Positions 1-10,565 of a stretch of DNA of 57,674 nucleotides are shown one piece after another (position 1 is the first letter of the stretch; every line of letters begins with the position of its first letter). The stretch lies in the sequence record DRR378314_1245; one strand, 5' to 3'. A program made the translations under genes and the position numbers. The notes below the pieces were generated by a model. The model ran no database searches and had not been told where the DNA came from. It saw only the letters and a list, made by a program, of their open reading frames with translations.

Positions 1-354
1 GATCAAGAACAATTGTTGTGTTTATGCAAAAATGGTTCGCGTCAGCGAAGTGTGGTTTTCTATTTGCAGTAGGGGGTAATCCTGGTCTACGAGCACTGCA
101 AGCTAACCCAGGTGGGACCACGGAAAATGATTGAAAGGCCCTATAAACACTGTGATTGCGGTTTTTTTCTAGCGGACGAATCTGCTTAAATTGGTTTTGT
201 GTTTTACAGCGTCCCGAAATGAGAATAATCCATATCCTAAAAGTTCAATTTAAGATACTTTAATTTCCATAATGGAATTTCTTATCAGTATTCATTATCT
301 TAGTTTTTATAAGTGGGATATCATCAATGATGCTATCCAATTGTTACAGCACAT

Positions 355-972
355 ATGATTAAAGGCCTTCTTCTAGCATTAATCCTATCACTTGGTATCG
401 CAGGGTGTAACCCCTCAATGAAAGAGGAAAAACTACCAGAACCAGAAATTTTTTACGAAATATTTCCTGTCCTGATAGACACCTTTCATTTCGATGGAAG
501 GGCCACTTTGTTCGAGGTGACTAAAGATTCTTTTAGACTAGATTCTCTTGCTCGTGACACTACTTCAATAGTTATCGCTATTAGGGACACTTTACAATAT
601 TTGAAAAAGGAGGATTATCTACGTCTGCAGAATTATTTAAAAGATTCAACGAAGGAATCAGATTCTCTTATTGAAGATTCGCTTAGAATCGTGGACATTG
701 CAAGACTTAAAGCAGGTGATAAAAGAATAGGTTTTAAGCCAATTTCCTCTTTTCCCACAGGCCTGGCATTTTGGAAAACAGACTACAATTTTTACTTATC
801 TGCCAGATTTAGTTTTTCAAATGTTCTTTTCAATAAAGACAAATCCCTAGGGCTAATGCATGTAGGGTACGTTTGTGAGCCATATGATTGTGGAGAGGGA
901 TTTCTTGTTTACTTAAAAAAGGAAAAAGACGGTTGGGTTATTGACAAGATTGAAGATACATGGGCAATGTAA
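355..972 (+). CDS. Hypothetical lipoprotein
   Basis: 205-aa ORF; signal peptide ending in lipobox IAGC; C-terminal CEPYDCGEG motif. Confidence 0.8.
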   Translation: MIKGLLLALILSLGIAGCNPSMKEEKLPEPEIFYEIFPVLIDTFHFDGRATLFEVTKDSFRLDSLARDTTSIVIAIRDTLQYLKKEDYLRLQNYLKDSTKESDSLIEDSLRIVDIARLKAGDKRIGFKPISSFPTGLAFWKTDYNFYLSARFSFSNVLFNKDKSLGLMHVGYVCEPYDCGEGFLVYLKKEKDGWVIDKIEDTWAM

Positions 973-1282
973 TACGTGCCCTAACAACGGCTCCCATGAA
1001 AAACACTAGGCCATCACCATAATTATTAGAAACTTAAGGTTAATATTTTATTTTTTCAATCCACATTATTGATTTTGGGCGTTGATTTGTTGGTAACCCT
1101 TTTATGCTGTTTGCTTGGTTGTCTATACTTCAGCACCATATATAACTTGCTCCGCGCCTGCCTGCCTGCCGGTCCTATATAATCGATCCTAGATTAAAAT
1201 TAATAAACTCGCATTTCAATACGCCTGCGCCTTTTGAAATATGGGTCTTGTGAATAAATTAGGCGGAATGACCCAACACATT

Positions 1283-1290
1283 TATATTTG
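1283..1290 (+). promoter_or_regulatory. Bacteroidota -7 promoter box (TATATTTG) for the HTCS gene
   Basis: Exact TAnnTTTG match about 55 bp upstream of ATG 1345. Confidence 0.55.
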
Positions 1291-1344
1291 CTTATATCAG
1301 CTGCTAAAAGATATTGTAGGCTAGTCTGCTACAAAGATTTAAGC

Positions 1345-4300
1345 ATGGGAATGGGAAAATATTATAAGCATGTTAGTTTACTGTTTTTCTGGGGAATCGC
1401 AATTTTTGCGCTTATCGCCCCATACTCCCTATATTCCCAAAAGTTTGAAAGGTTTTCCAACGAGCAGGGATTTAACCAGAATACCATTAACTCTATAGTA
1501 CAGGACCGATATGGATTTTTATGGTTTGGTACCCCTAACGGACTCATTAGGCACGATGGTTACGAATTTAAAACCTATACTACCCAATCCAATAGCAACG
1601 GAAATATTCTTAGCAACGATATAAAACAATTGTTTACCGATAGTGAGGGATTATTATGGATCGGTACCACCTTGGGGCTTAACGTTTATATTCCGTCCCT
1701 CGAAAAATTCCTGACGGTTCCCCTTGATCGCAGGCTTATTATTAGCAGGATCGGTTCCGGACCGGATGGCAGAATCTGGTTTTCGGGTGAAAATAAATTA
1801 TATGTTTGCCAACTTACGGATGTGCACAAGGGCGTATTCCAGGTTTCCCAAAATGTCCTTGAACCACATCCTGAAGTTCCTTACCTAAACGATTTCAGTT
1901 TTAGGGATAAAAATTCCTTGGTCCTGGCTACCTCCAAAGGCTTGTGGAATTTAGCCCTGGGAACAGGGGTCTCCGATGGGGATATGGAAATTAAGGCCTT
2001 GGCCCAATTTAAGGCTTTGGAAAATGAGGTTGTTACCACCCTTATCAATAGGAATAATATCTTTTGGATCGGCACCGAAAGAGGCTTGTACAAGGCCTCT
2101 CTAGATGGGGAAAAGGCACATATTATCACTAATTTTAGTAAGGATAATATCATAAATCCCACGAGCTCTACCATTATGGTAGACGTTATTTTTGAAGACC
2201 ATTCCGGCAGTGTTTGGGTCGGCACAACAGATAACGGTCTCTTTAGATACACGGAAGAAGAGGACAGTTTTCAACACTTTGCTTTCGACCCCCGAAATAC
2301 TTTTGGCATAAGCAGTCAAAATATAAACGCCCTTTTTCAGGATGATTTTAATGTGTTGTGGGTGGGTACGGCCCAAGGAGGTATAAATAAGTTGGACCTT
2401 AGTCAGAAGCAATTTATTAGTTATTCCAATAACCCCTATGACGAGCAGTCCTTGACCGACAATTTATTGACGGCTATTCTGGAGGACAGAAATGGAAGAC
2501 TATGGTTGTCCGGGTATAACACGCCACTTTTTAGAAGTACCACTGCCGTTAATGCCAATACTTCCAATTCGCTTAAGTTTGAGAATCTGGAAAAAAGATT
2601 TCCGATATCCGATTTGGATTATGTGCGTAGTATTTATGAGGATGATAAAGGATATTTATGGTTTGGTACGGACCAATCGATAGTAGTGTACAACCCCTCA
2701 AAGGATCAATTTAAAAGGCTAAGCTTGAGCAAGGATGGCGTACAGCTCATGAATAACGGAATTCGAAGTATTTCCCAGATTTCGGAAAATGACATTCTAC
2801 TATTGGGGAGCCAGCTCACGGTAGTGCAAAATCCATGGACAGTAATTGACAATAATAAAGACCCAGAACTGAAGGTTAAGGCCACTATTTCCTTGGAAAA
2901 TGAAATTGGCCATACCTTCCTTAAATCCAACGACGGTTCATTTTGGATCGGTACCAGAAAAGGCTTGATACATGCAACATATGATGGTAAGGAAATTGAG
3001 ATTCTTCATAAATACTCGGACAACAAGAATGACAAAATAAGCTTGAGCTATGAGAATGTTTTCTCCCTATATGATGATAGTTCAGGAAATATCTGGGTAG
3101 GGACCTTTGGGGGAGGGCTGAACAAAGTGACCATTGATAGTTCGGGGGAACCTTCCAACATAGAGTACTTCCGGAAAAATGATGTGTTACCGGACGACGC
3201 TATCTACGGTATTTTGCCGGAAGGGGACAACTATTTATGGTTAAGTTCCGATATGGGACTATTGAGATTTCATTTAAGGGACAACACTATAGATGTATTT
3301 GATGTGCGTGATGGCCTTGCCCAGAACAACTTTAGGCAAGGGGCTTTTTTTACGGGCAGGTCCGGGTATTTTTATTTTGGCGGTTTAAATGGGCTAACGA
3401 TTTTTAGGCCAGAGGATATTCAACTTAATGATCAACCTCCCAAGGTTTTGATTACCGACCTCCTGGTAAACAACGAGCGTGTAAGAATTGGGGAAAAACT
3501 TAATAACAGGGTAATATTGGAGCGGTCTATTTCAGAGACCACTGATATAGCCGTAAGTCAAAAAGAACAATTTATTGCTTTTGATCTGGCCGTGGAGCAT
3601 ACTTCAACACCTTCCAAAAATAAGGTAGCCTATAAATTGGAGGGTTTTAATGAGGATTGGGTAACCGTCAACGAAGGCAAGACTACCGTTACCTACACCA
3701 ATTTGCCCGCCAGGAGTTACGTATTCAAGGTAAGGGCTGCCAATGGCGACGGTATCTGGACTACGGAGACCAAGAACTTGAACCTTAAAATATTGCCCCC
3801 TTGGTACCGGACATGGTGGAGCTATTTGTTGTTTACCTTGCTCACCGTGGGAATAGGCATCGGAATAGTCGTCTATTTTTCGCAACATGAGAAATTAAAA
3901 CAACGGATAAAGTTTGAAGAACTGGACAAGGAACGGGTACATACCATCAATCAGGGGAAATTTCAGTATTTCACCAATATGTCCCATGAATTTAGAACGC
4001 CCTTGACATTGATTGCGGGTCCTTTGGAGCGCTTGCTCACCCGAAATGCAGATCCTGAAAACAATAAATATTTAGCTATAATCCAGAAAAACACCAAAAG
4101 ACTTTTAAGCTTGGCAGACCAATTGATTACTTTTCAACAAGCGGAACAAGGTCGACTTAAATTAAATTTAAGGAAAGAGACCCTAGGTGCCTTTATTAAC
4201 CCTACCATTGAGGCATTCGAAAATTACGCTGTTGAAAAAGACATCAATTTTACTTATAAAATAAGTTCCCCCGATGAAGAAATTATTATCGATGTAGAAA

Positions 4301-5517
4301 AGACCGAACGTATTATCTTTAACCTACTTTCCAACTCCTTTAAGAATACACCTCCCTTTGGCACTATTGGTATCGAATCAAAAATCGACTATACCTCAGG
4401 GCAGAAAATGATATATATAGATGTGGTAGACAGCGGTAAGGGAATTCCAGAAGAGGATTTGGAAAATATCTTCGAACGGTTCTATCAATTGGGAAATAGG
4501 ACCGATAAGGTAAGTGGTGGTGGCATCGGCCTGTCATTTTGTAAATCCCTGGTCAATTTACTGGATGGCACAATTTCTGCCAAGAGCAATCCTGGTGTAG
4601 AAACCCGCTTTTCGGTGGTATTGCCTTCCAAATCCCTAGCGGAATACAGGGAGGACGAAATTGATTCTTCCCAAAAGTCCTTTGTGGATGATTGGATTCC
4701 CCTGTCCTCCAAAATTACTGAAGGAAATACAGCCTTGGCAAAGGAAAATGGTACCAAAAAGAAGTATTCAATTTTGTTGGTGGAAAACGAAGTGGACGTA
4801 CAGACCTTTTTAAAGGGTACTTTATCCGAAAAATATAATATTGAAGTTGCAAACAATGGGATTGAAGGACTGGAAAAAATAAAAAGTAAAGAACCGGACC
4901 TGGTGATTAGCGATGTAATGATGCCGGGGATGGACGGATTTGAAATGTGCGAGAAAATAAAATCGGATCCAGATCTCAGTCATATCCACGTTTTACTCTT
5001 AACGGCATTGAACGAGAACGAAGATATGATCAAGGGGCTCGAATTTGGTGCCGATGAGTACATAGGCAAACCTTTTTCCTTGAGACACCTCGAATTAAGG
5101 ATTGAAAAATTGATCGAGACCAGAGAACGTTTAAGGGATTATTTTTCAAAGAATAGCAAGCTTCCCAAGAATGCCGTCGGTATTTCGACCCGGGACAAGG
5201 AATTTTTGAGCAATACCATTGCCATAATGGAAAAAAACATTTCCAATTCCAATTTTGGGGTCGAAGAGCTCGCCCAAGAAATTGGACTTAGTACCTCCCA
5301 CTTTTACCGACGACTTAAACAGTTGACCGGTCAGGCCCCCAATGTCTATTTAAGAAATTTTAGATTGCAAAGGGCAGCGGAACTCTTGGGCCATAACGAA
5401 GGCTTTAATGTGGCCGAGGTGATGTATCAAATTGGTATAGAGTCCAATTCCTATTTTTCCACAGCTTTTAAGAAACTCCACGGGGTTTCTCCTTCCGAAT
5501 TTACCAAAACCAATTGA
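1345..5517 (+). CDS. Hybrid two-component sensor kinase/response regulator (HTCS, AraC-type output)
   Basis: Repeated LW(I/F)GT propeller blades, Y_Y_Y domain (YKLEGFNEDW, YTNLPARSYVFKVRAAN), TM helix, H-box SHEFRTPL, HATPase GGGIGLS, receiver DVMMPGMDG, AraC HTH YFSTAFKK. Start moved to ATG 1345 (or 1351) because the -7 box overlaps the TTG at 1288. Confidence 0.95.
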   Translation: MGMGKYYKHVSLLFFWGIAIFALIAPYSLYSQKFERFSNEQGFNQNTINSIVQDRYGFLWFGTPNGLIRHDGYEFKTYTTQSNSNGNILSNDIKQLFTDSEGLLWIGTTLGLNVYIPSLEKFLTVPLDRRLIISRIGSGPDGRIWFSGENKLYVCQLTDVHKGVFQVSQNVLEPHPEVPYLNDFSFRDKNSLVLATSKGLWNLALGTGVSDGDMEIKALAQFKALENEVVTTLINRNNIFWIGTERGLYKASLDGEKAHIITNFSKDNIINPTSSTIMVDVIFEDHSGSVWVGTTDNGLFRYTEEEDSFQHFAFDPRNTFGISSQNINALFQDDFNVLWVGTAQGGINKLDLSQKQFISYSNNPYDEQSLTDNLLTAILEDRNGRLWLSGYNTPLFRSTTAVNANTSNSLKFENLEKRFPISDLDYVRSIYEDDKGYLWFGTDQSIVVYNPSKDQFKRLSLSKDGVQLMNNGIRSISQISENDILLLGSQLTVVQNPWTVIDNNKDPELKVKATISLENEIGHTFLKSNDGSFWIGTRKGLIHATYDGKEIEILHKYSDNKNDKISLSYENVFSLYDDSSGNIWVGTFGGGLNKVTIDSSGEPSNIEYFRKNDVLPDDAIYGILPEGDNYLWLSSDMGLLRFHLRDNTIDVFDVRDGLAQNNFRQGAFFTGRSGYFYFGGLNGLTIFRPEDIQLNDQPPKVLITDLLVNNERVRIGEKLNNRVILERSISETTDIAVSQKEQFIAFDLAVEHTSTPSKNKVAYKLEGFNEDWVTVNEGKTTVTYTNLPARSYVFKVRAANGDGIWTTETKNLNLKILPPWYRTWWSYLLFTLLTVGIGIGIVVYFSQHEKLKQRIKFEELDKERVHTINQGKFQYFTNMSHEFRTPLTLIAGPLERLLTRNADPENNKYLAIIQKNTKRLLSLADQLITFQQAEQGRLKLNLRKETLGAFINPTIEAFENYAVEKDINFTYKISSPDEEIIIDVEKTERIIFNLLSNSFKNTPPFGTIGIESKIDYTSGQKMIYIDVVDSGKGIPEEDLENIFERFYQLGNRTDKVSGGGIGLSFCKSLVNLLDGTISAKSNPGVETRFSVVLPSKSLAEYREDEIDSSQKSFVDDWIPLSSKITEGNTALAKENGTKKKYSILLVENEVDVQTFLKGTLSEKYNIEVANNGIEGLEKIKSKEPDLVISDVMMPGMDGFEMCEKIKSDPDLSHIHVLLLTALNENEDMIKGLEFGADEYIGKPFSLRHLELRIEKLIETRERLRDYFSKNSKLPKNAVGISTRDKEFLSNTIAIMEKNISNSNFGVEELAQEIGLSTSHFYRRLKQLTGQAPNVYLRNFRLQRAAELLGHNEGFNVAEVMYQIGIESNSYFSTAFKKLHGVSPSEFTKTN

Positions 5518-5616
5518 AGGCCCTATTAAATGATTGCAGTCAATAATTAATAACTATAACCTGGTTTTTAATGGTTGTTTTTTGTTAATGGATTATCCTA
5601 GGATTCCAATACAAGT

Positions 5617-5686
5617 GGATTGGTTGATATAAGCAAAGGATTGGTCGAATAGAGAAGGCCTTCTCCCAAATCCCTAATTAAATTTG
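5617..5686 (+). promoter_or_regulatory. Putative HTCS-activated promoter: 21-bp-period direct repeat plus -7 box
   Basis: GGATTGGTTGATATAAGCAAA (5617-5637) / GGATTGGTCGAATAGAGAAGG (5638-5658); TAAATTTG at 5679-5686. Confidence 0.75.
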
Positions 5687-5750
5687 ACCTAATAAAGAAC
5701 CGTATCCCAAATCTATTGGATCACGGTTTTCAAAAGCTTTTAAATCGGTA

Positions 5751-7100
5751 ATGCGATATTTAAATTATTTGTTCCTCCTACAGTATAAACCTACCATAAA
5801 AAGGCAGGTTTTGGGATTCCTTGTATTGTTTTTGACCCTTTGCAGCAATATGGAAGGCCAAACAAATACCTTAAATAAATCAAGTATAAATCTTCAAGAG
5901 ACGAGCGGACCAAGGTGGGTTAAAGGTGAACTTGTAAAAGCAGGGGTGTTGAATACACCAGATTTTAGTTTTACCAATGATTTTGAGGCATACCAAGAGT
6001 TTTTAAATATAAAAGGCTTGTTTTTTAATGGGCTGGATTATAACGGAAAACAGACCAAGGTATTTTGCTGGTATGGTGTGCCCAACGGACTTAAGACAGG
6101 GGAAAAAAGGCCAGCTGTGGTTTTGGTTCACGGCGGGGGTGGTAACGCTTTTCCAGGATGGATAAAGGAATGGACAGATAGGGGATATATCGCTATTGCA
6201 GTAGCCTTGGAAGGCCAGGTTCCTGGAGAAAAAGTTGAACACAACAATGGGGAAAAACTATGGCCGGGCCATGAATTTTCCGGACCGCGAAGAATAGGTT
6301 TTTTTGAGGATGTTGTTACTAAAAAGTTGGAGGACCAATGGTTTTATCACGCCGTTGCAGACGTAATGCTGGCCACCAGTTTGTTAAAAAGTTTTCCGGA
6401 AGTGGACGTTAATAGCATCGGTATCAGTGGAATTTCTTGGGGTGGTATTCTTACAAATGTGATTACGGGCATTGATGATCGTTATGCCTTTGCAATCCCG
6501 GTATATGGTTGTGGATTTTTGCATGAAACTCCACATTATAGTAGCCTCCTAACCCATTTGAACAAAGAACAACGACAATTCTATCTTCAAGATTGGGAAC
6601 CTTCCTTGTACATCCCCTTGCAGGAGCAGCCCACCTTGTTTGTCAATGGCACCAATGATTTTCATTTCACTATGAACAGCTTCACGAAAACGTATGAAAC
6701 TTCCAAAAACGAAAAGCACCTCTATGTTGAACATAATATGAAACACGGGCATAGCCCTGGTTGGGAGCCCGAAGAAATTTACGCCTTTGCAGATTATGTT
6801 GTAAAAAAGGGTACGCAACCTTTAATACCTAGGTTTAAGAGGTTAAGGAAAAATAACGAATTGGTATATGGGTACAATGGAAAAGTAACAAAAGCTTATC
6901 TGTACTATACTACTGATACGGCAGATTGGGGTAGGGATAACTATACATGGGAGCAGACCACTATGCATTTTTCCGATTCCAAGAAAATAATTTCGGGAAA
7001 ATTGCCGGAAAATTCACAGGCCTATTTTGTTAATATCATTGATTCCGAAGGGCTAATGTATAGTTCTCCTATGCGAATGGTCAAGAAAAATAGCCATTAG
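5751..7100 (+). CDS. Alpha/beta-hydrolase fold esterase (acetylxylan esterase-like)
   Basis: VLVHGGGG, nucleophile elbow GISWGG, NGTND (Asp), HGH (His). Confidence 0.8.
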   Translation: MRYLNYLFLLQYKPTIKRQVLGFLVLFLTLCSNMEGQTNTLNKSSINLQETSGPRWVKGELVKAGVLNTPDFSFTNDFEAYQEFLNIKGLFFNGLDYNGKQTKVFCWYGVPNGLKTGEKRPAVVLVHGGGGNAFPGWIKEWTDRGYIAIAVALEGQVPGEKVEHNNGEKLWPGHEFSGPRRIGFFEDVVTKKLEDQWFYHAVADVMLATSLLKSFPEVDVNSIGISGISWGGILTNVITGIDDRYAFAIPVYGCGFLHETPHYSSLLTHLNKEQRQFYLQDWEPSLYIPLQEQPTLFVNGTNDFHFTMNSFTKTYETSKNEKHLYVEHNMKHGHSPGWEPEEIYAFADYVVKKGTQPLIPRFKRLRKNNELVYGYNGKVTKAYLYYTTDTADWGRDNYTWEQTTMHFSDSKKIISGKLPENSQAYFVNIIDSEGLMYSSPMRMVKKNSH

Positions 7101-7166
7101 CCAGTTCGAATATATTAGATAATGGACCTAATTAAATAAACATAAATCTATTAATAAAATCTAACA

Positions 7167-8978
7167 ATGAATTTTAAAATCGGGAAGAAGCAATTCATAT
7201 TGCTATTGATGGCAGTGGTATTGCAAGTTGGTACTATTTTGGCACAAGAAAGGCAAAATGGTAAGTCAATGGACGAAATGTGGGGCGAACAGAACACTCT
7301 GGGAGCAGATGCCCCCGCTTCAAGGACTGCCCTATTTGATGATGGCAATTATGCCATGTTCATCCATTGGGGTATTTACTCCAATATTGGCAATAAATGG
7401 AAAGACAGTACCTATTATGGCATTAGCGAGTGGATCATGAATCCTAGAAGGGCCAATATTCCGGTAGATGAATATATGGCGGAGGCAAAAAATTTCAATC
7501 CGGTAAATTTTGATGCCAAGGCCATTGCGCAACTGGCAAAAGATGCCGGGATGAAATATGTTGTTGTTACCAGCAAGCATCATGACGGTTTTGCCATGTA
7601 CAATTCCAAAAGCAATGATTTCAATATTGTAAAGGCCACTCCTTTTGCCAGAGATCCTATGAAAGAACTGTCAAAGGCCTGTAAAGAACTAGGGCTGGGA
7701 TTTGGATTTTACTATTCCCACAATCAGGACTGGACCTTTCCGGGAGGCAATGGCGGACCCAAGGTTAATGAAAAAGGTAAAGAAGTAGACTTTGATTATT
7801 ATTTTAAGAAAAAATGTCTTCCTCAGGTAAAGGAGATCGTTACCGAATATGGGGATATTGCTATGGTCTGGTTTGATACGCCTGGGAACATGGAGAAGAA
7901 ATATGTAGCTGAATTGGTAGATGTGGTCCGCAAGCATCAACCCAACGCCATGATTTCAGGAAGGGCAGGCCACGGATTGGGAGATTATAAATCTCTTGGC
8001 GATATGAATATCCCCGTAGCAAATATAGCGGGGCTATGGGAAACGGTAGATGTTACCAACGACTCTTGGGGTTATGCCTGGTACGATCAGAATTGGAAAA
8101 GCCCCAAACGGATATTGAAGAGTATAATTTCTACGGTGGCCAGGGGAGGCACCTATATGTTGAATGTAGGGCCGGCACCGGATGGCAGTATTCCAACGGA
8201 GGCGCAGGAATCCTTACGGGCTTCGGGGGAATGGATCAACAACTACCCGCAGGTAGTATATAAGACCGGCTCTTCGCCATGGGGCCGAAAGTTGCCCTGG
8301 GGAGATATCACCATAGCCTCTGATGGCAAGTTGAACCTCTGTGTTTATGAATGGCCTTTGGATGGCAAATTGTGGCTTCCAGGCCTAAAAAATAATATTA
8401 TCTTCGCAAAGCTTTGGGTACATGGGCAAGCTTTAACTTTGGAGACTGCCAAGGATGGGGATTGGGCCGTGTTAAGCCTTCCGGCCAAACGCCCGGAAAA
8501 ATTGATCTCCGTAATAGAGCTTGAGGTAGAGGGCCGTCCGGAGGTAGACAGCAGACTTAGTTTGGACCCTGTTTTTGCTACAGAACTTCCAGTGGATTTT
8601 GCCACGGCGGAAGGTGCAGCCATCAACGAAAAAAGATGGATGGAAAAATTCGGGGAGTGGAAACACATTGAACAGGCCCAGGATTGGACAGACAAGGGAG
8701 AGGTGACCTGGAAGGTAATGATAAAGGAGCCCGGTTATTATCAAACAGAACTGAATTATGCGGGATCTGGCCGCTTGGTATGGAGAATTACTTCAGACGA
8801 AGGGAACCTTGTACAGAACCAGCAGAACTCCTCAGAGGTCTATAATTATTATGAAATGGGACTTTTGAAATTTGAAACACCGGGAGAGCATACCATAACA
8901 GTTACCTTGGTAGACGGAAATAGGAAAAGTGCAAGCCTTAAAGAAATACGATTTACCCCCGAAGGAAGTATGGAATAA
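7167..8978 (+). CDS. Alpha-L-fucosidase, GH29
   Basis: MFIHWGIYS, TSKHHDGF, GFYYS, VWFD nucleophile, YMLNVGP; signal peptide. Confidence 0.92.
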   Translation: MNFKIGKKQFILLLMAVVLQVGTILAQERQNGKSMDEMWGEQNTLGADAPASRTALFDDGNYAMFIHWGIYSNIGNKWKDSTYYGISEWIMNPRRANIPVDEYMAEAKNFNPVNFDAKAIAQLAKDAGMKYVVVTSKHHDGFAMYNSKSNDFNIVKATPFARDPMKELSKACKELGLGFGFYYSHNQDWTFPGGNGGPKVNEKGKEVDFDYYFKKKCLPQVKEIVTEYGDIAMVWFDTPGNMEKKYVAELVDVVRKHQPNAMISGRAGHGLGDYKSLGDMNIPVANIAGLWETVDVTNDSWGYAWYDQNWKSPKRILKSIISTVARGGTYMLNVGPAPDGSIPTEAQESLRASGEWINNYPQVVYKTGSSPWGRKLPWGDITIASDGKLNLCVYEWPLDGKLWLPGLKNNIIFAKLWVHGQALTLETAKDGDWAVLSLPAKRPEKLISVIELEVEGRPEVDSRLSLDPVFATELPVDFATAEGAAINEKRWMEKFGEWKHIEQAQDWTDKGEVTWKVMIKEPGYYQTELNYAGSGRLVWRITSDEGNLVQNQQNSSEVYNYYEMGLLKFETPGEHTITVTLVDGNRKSASLKEIRFTPEGSME

Positions 8979-8996
8979 AATCGATAATATTTAAAA

Positions 8997-10535
8997 ATGA
9001 CAAAAAAGCCGTTCATCTTAACACTCTTTATTATTCTATTATTTAATACAGCAATTACATATTCCCAGGAATTAAAGCTATCCAATTTATTCTGCGATAA
9101 TATGGTATTGCAACATGGCACGGAAGTCCCTGTTTGGGGAGTTGCAGCCCCAAAGGAAAAAATAAGGGTGAAATTTGCTGGCCAAAGTGTCACAACAAGA
9201 ACTGGGAAAGATGGTAAATGGATCGTTGTATTAGCACCAATGGAGGCGTCGAAAACACCCAGGGAAATGACAATTTCCGGAAAAAAGGAAATAGTATTCT
9301 CCAATGTGGTAGTTGGGGAGGTGTGGATATGCTCCGGACAATCCAATATGCAATTTGCCGTATCCAATGCACCGGAAGTTGACGCGCTGTTATCCTCCGC
9401 CAAAAACATTAGAAGTTTTGAAGTAAAAAGGACCGTTTCCTTTAAGGAGGAAGACAATGTAAGCGGAAAATGGAAAGATGTACCCCCGAGCAGTGCGGTG
9501 GCATTTGGTTTTGCATATTTCCTTGAAAAGGCAGAAGACATTCCTATTGGAATAATACATGCTTCTTGGGGCAGTTCTTCCCTTGAAGCTTGGATGCCAC
9601 GTGATATGGCCGAAGAGTTTCCTTATTTTAAGGATATTATGAATGACTTAGATGCGGATACCGAAACTCGCAATAGAATCAACAAGGCCCTTTCCAGTGG
9701 CGAAGAGAGGACAACGAAAGAGGATATTTTTATGCGTAGGCAGCCCAATATACTTTATAATGCCATGATGAAGCCTTTGGCTCCTTATGCTTGTAGAGGC
9801 TTGGTTTGGTACCAAGGGGAACGCAATACACGTTACTATTCCGGGGTGCCTATGGTAAACGAGGACAATTGGTACCATAGGGTGATAGGGATGAAAGAAT
9901 ATGGCGATGTGCTTCAATCTTGGGTAAAGCGGTATAGAAAGGAATGGAAAAACAATAAAATGTACTTCTCCGTAGTAATGCTTCCTGGTTATGGAAAAGG
10001 AACCAATAATAACCCGGATATCGATTCCAAGAGTCCTACTGCCATGTCTTGGGCATGGATGCGGGAGTCGCAACAAAAAGTGCTGGACCTTCCTTACACC
10101 AGTGTTGTCAATACCATTGATCTTGGTGATGAAACAGACGTGCACCCCAAGGACAAACTTCCCATTGGCAAAAGATTGGCATTACTTGCCCAAAAACATA
10201 CCCTTAATAAGGACATTGTTGCAGAAGGGCCAGTTTTAATTCAGGTAAAAGCACAAACTAATGGGCTGGTAATTTATTTTAACAATGCAAAAGGTCTAAA
10301 AACGATTGATCAAAAAGATCCTAGAGGTTTTTGGATTGCGGACGAGTCTATGCAATGGCATATGGCAGAAGCAAAAATTGTTGGGGAAACGGTAGTGCTG
10401 TCCAATGATGCTATTAAGAATCCTGTATATGTTAGATATGCCTTTGCCGGAAAACCCGACGTAAATTTGGTCAATGCTGCGGACTTGCCTGCCTATCCCT
10501 TTAGAACGGATAATGAAATTCCTACCGATGAATAA
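8997..10535 (+). CDS. Sialate O-acetylesterase family (SGNH) carbohydrate esterase
   Basis: NMVLQ, ICSGQSNMQ, WYQGE, DVHPKDK, VRYAF, LPAYPFRTD. Confidence 0.9.
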   Translation: MTKKPFILTLFIILLFNTAITYSQELKLSNLFCDNMVLQHGTEVPVWGVAAPKEKIRVKFAGQSVTTRTGKDGKWIVVLAPMEASKTPREMTISGKKEIVFSNVVVGEVWICSGQSNMQFAVSNAPEVDALLSSAKNIRSFEVKRTVSFKEEDNVSGKWKDVPPSSAVAFGFAYFLEKAEDIPIGIIHASWGSSSLEAWMPRDMAEEFPYFKDIMNDLDADTETRNRINKALSSGEERTTKEDIFMRRQPNILYNAMMKPLAPYACRGLVWYQGERNTRYYSGVPMVNEDNWYHRVIGMKEYGDVLQSWVKRYRKEWKNNKMYFSVVMLPGYGKGTNNNPDIDSKSPTAMSWAWMRESQQKVLDLPYTSVVNTIDLGDETDVHPKDKLPIGKRLALLAQKHTLNKDIVAEGPVLIQVKAQTNGLVIYFNNAKGLKTIDQKDPRGFWIADESMQWHMAEAKIVGETVVLSNDAIKNPVYVRYAFAGKPDVNLVNAADLPAYPFRTDNEIPTDE

Positions 10536-10565
10536 ATATTATAAGAATTAATCTAAAAAGAGATC

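Noticed and set aside
1288-1344. TTG-started N-terminal extension of the HTCS in the ORF track
   Set aside because: It overlaps the TATATTTG -7 box; the signal-like region begins at ATG 1345/1351.
4774-4800. HTCS receiver acidic pocket reads VENE rather than VEDN/VDD
   Set aside because: The phospho-acceptor Asp, Thr and Lys are intact; one substitution is not enough to call it inactive.
8849-9541. 230-aa antisense ORF, and similar long shadows such as 17106-17780, 36330-36902 and 49836-50654
   Set aside because: They lie opposite well-supported genes and have no recognisable motifs.
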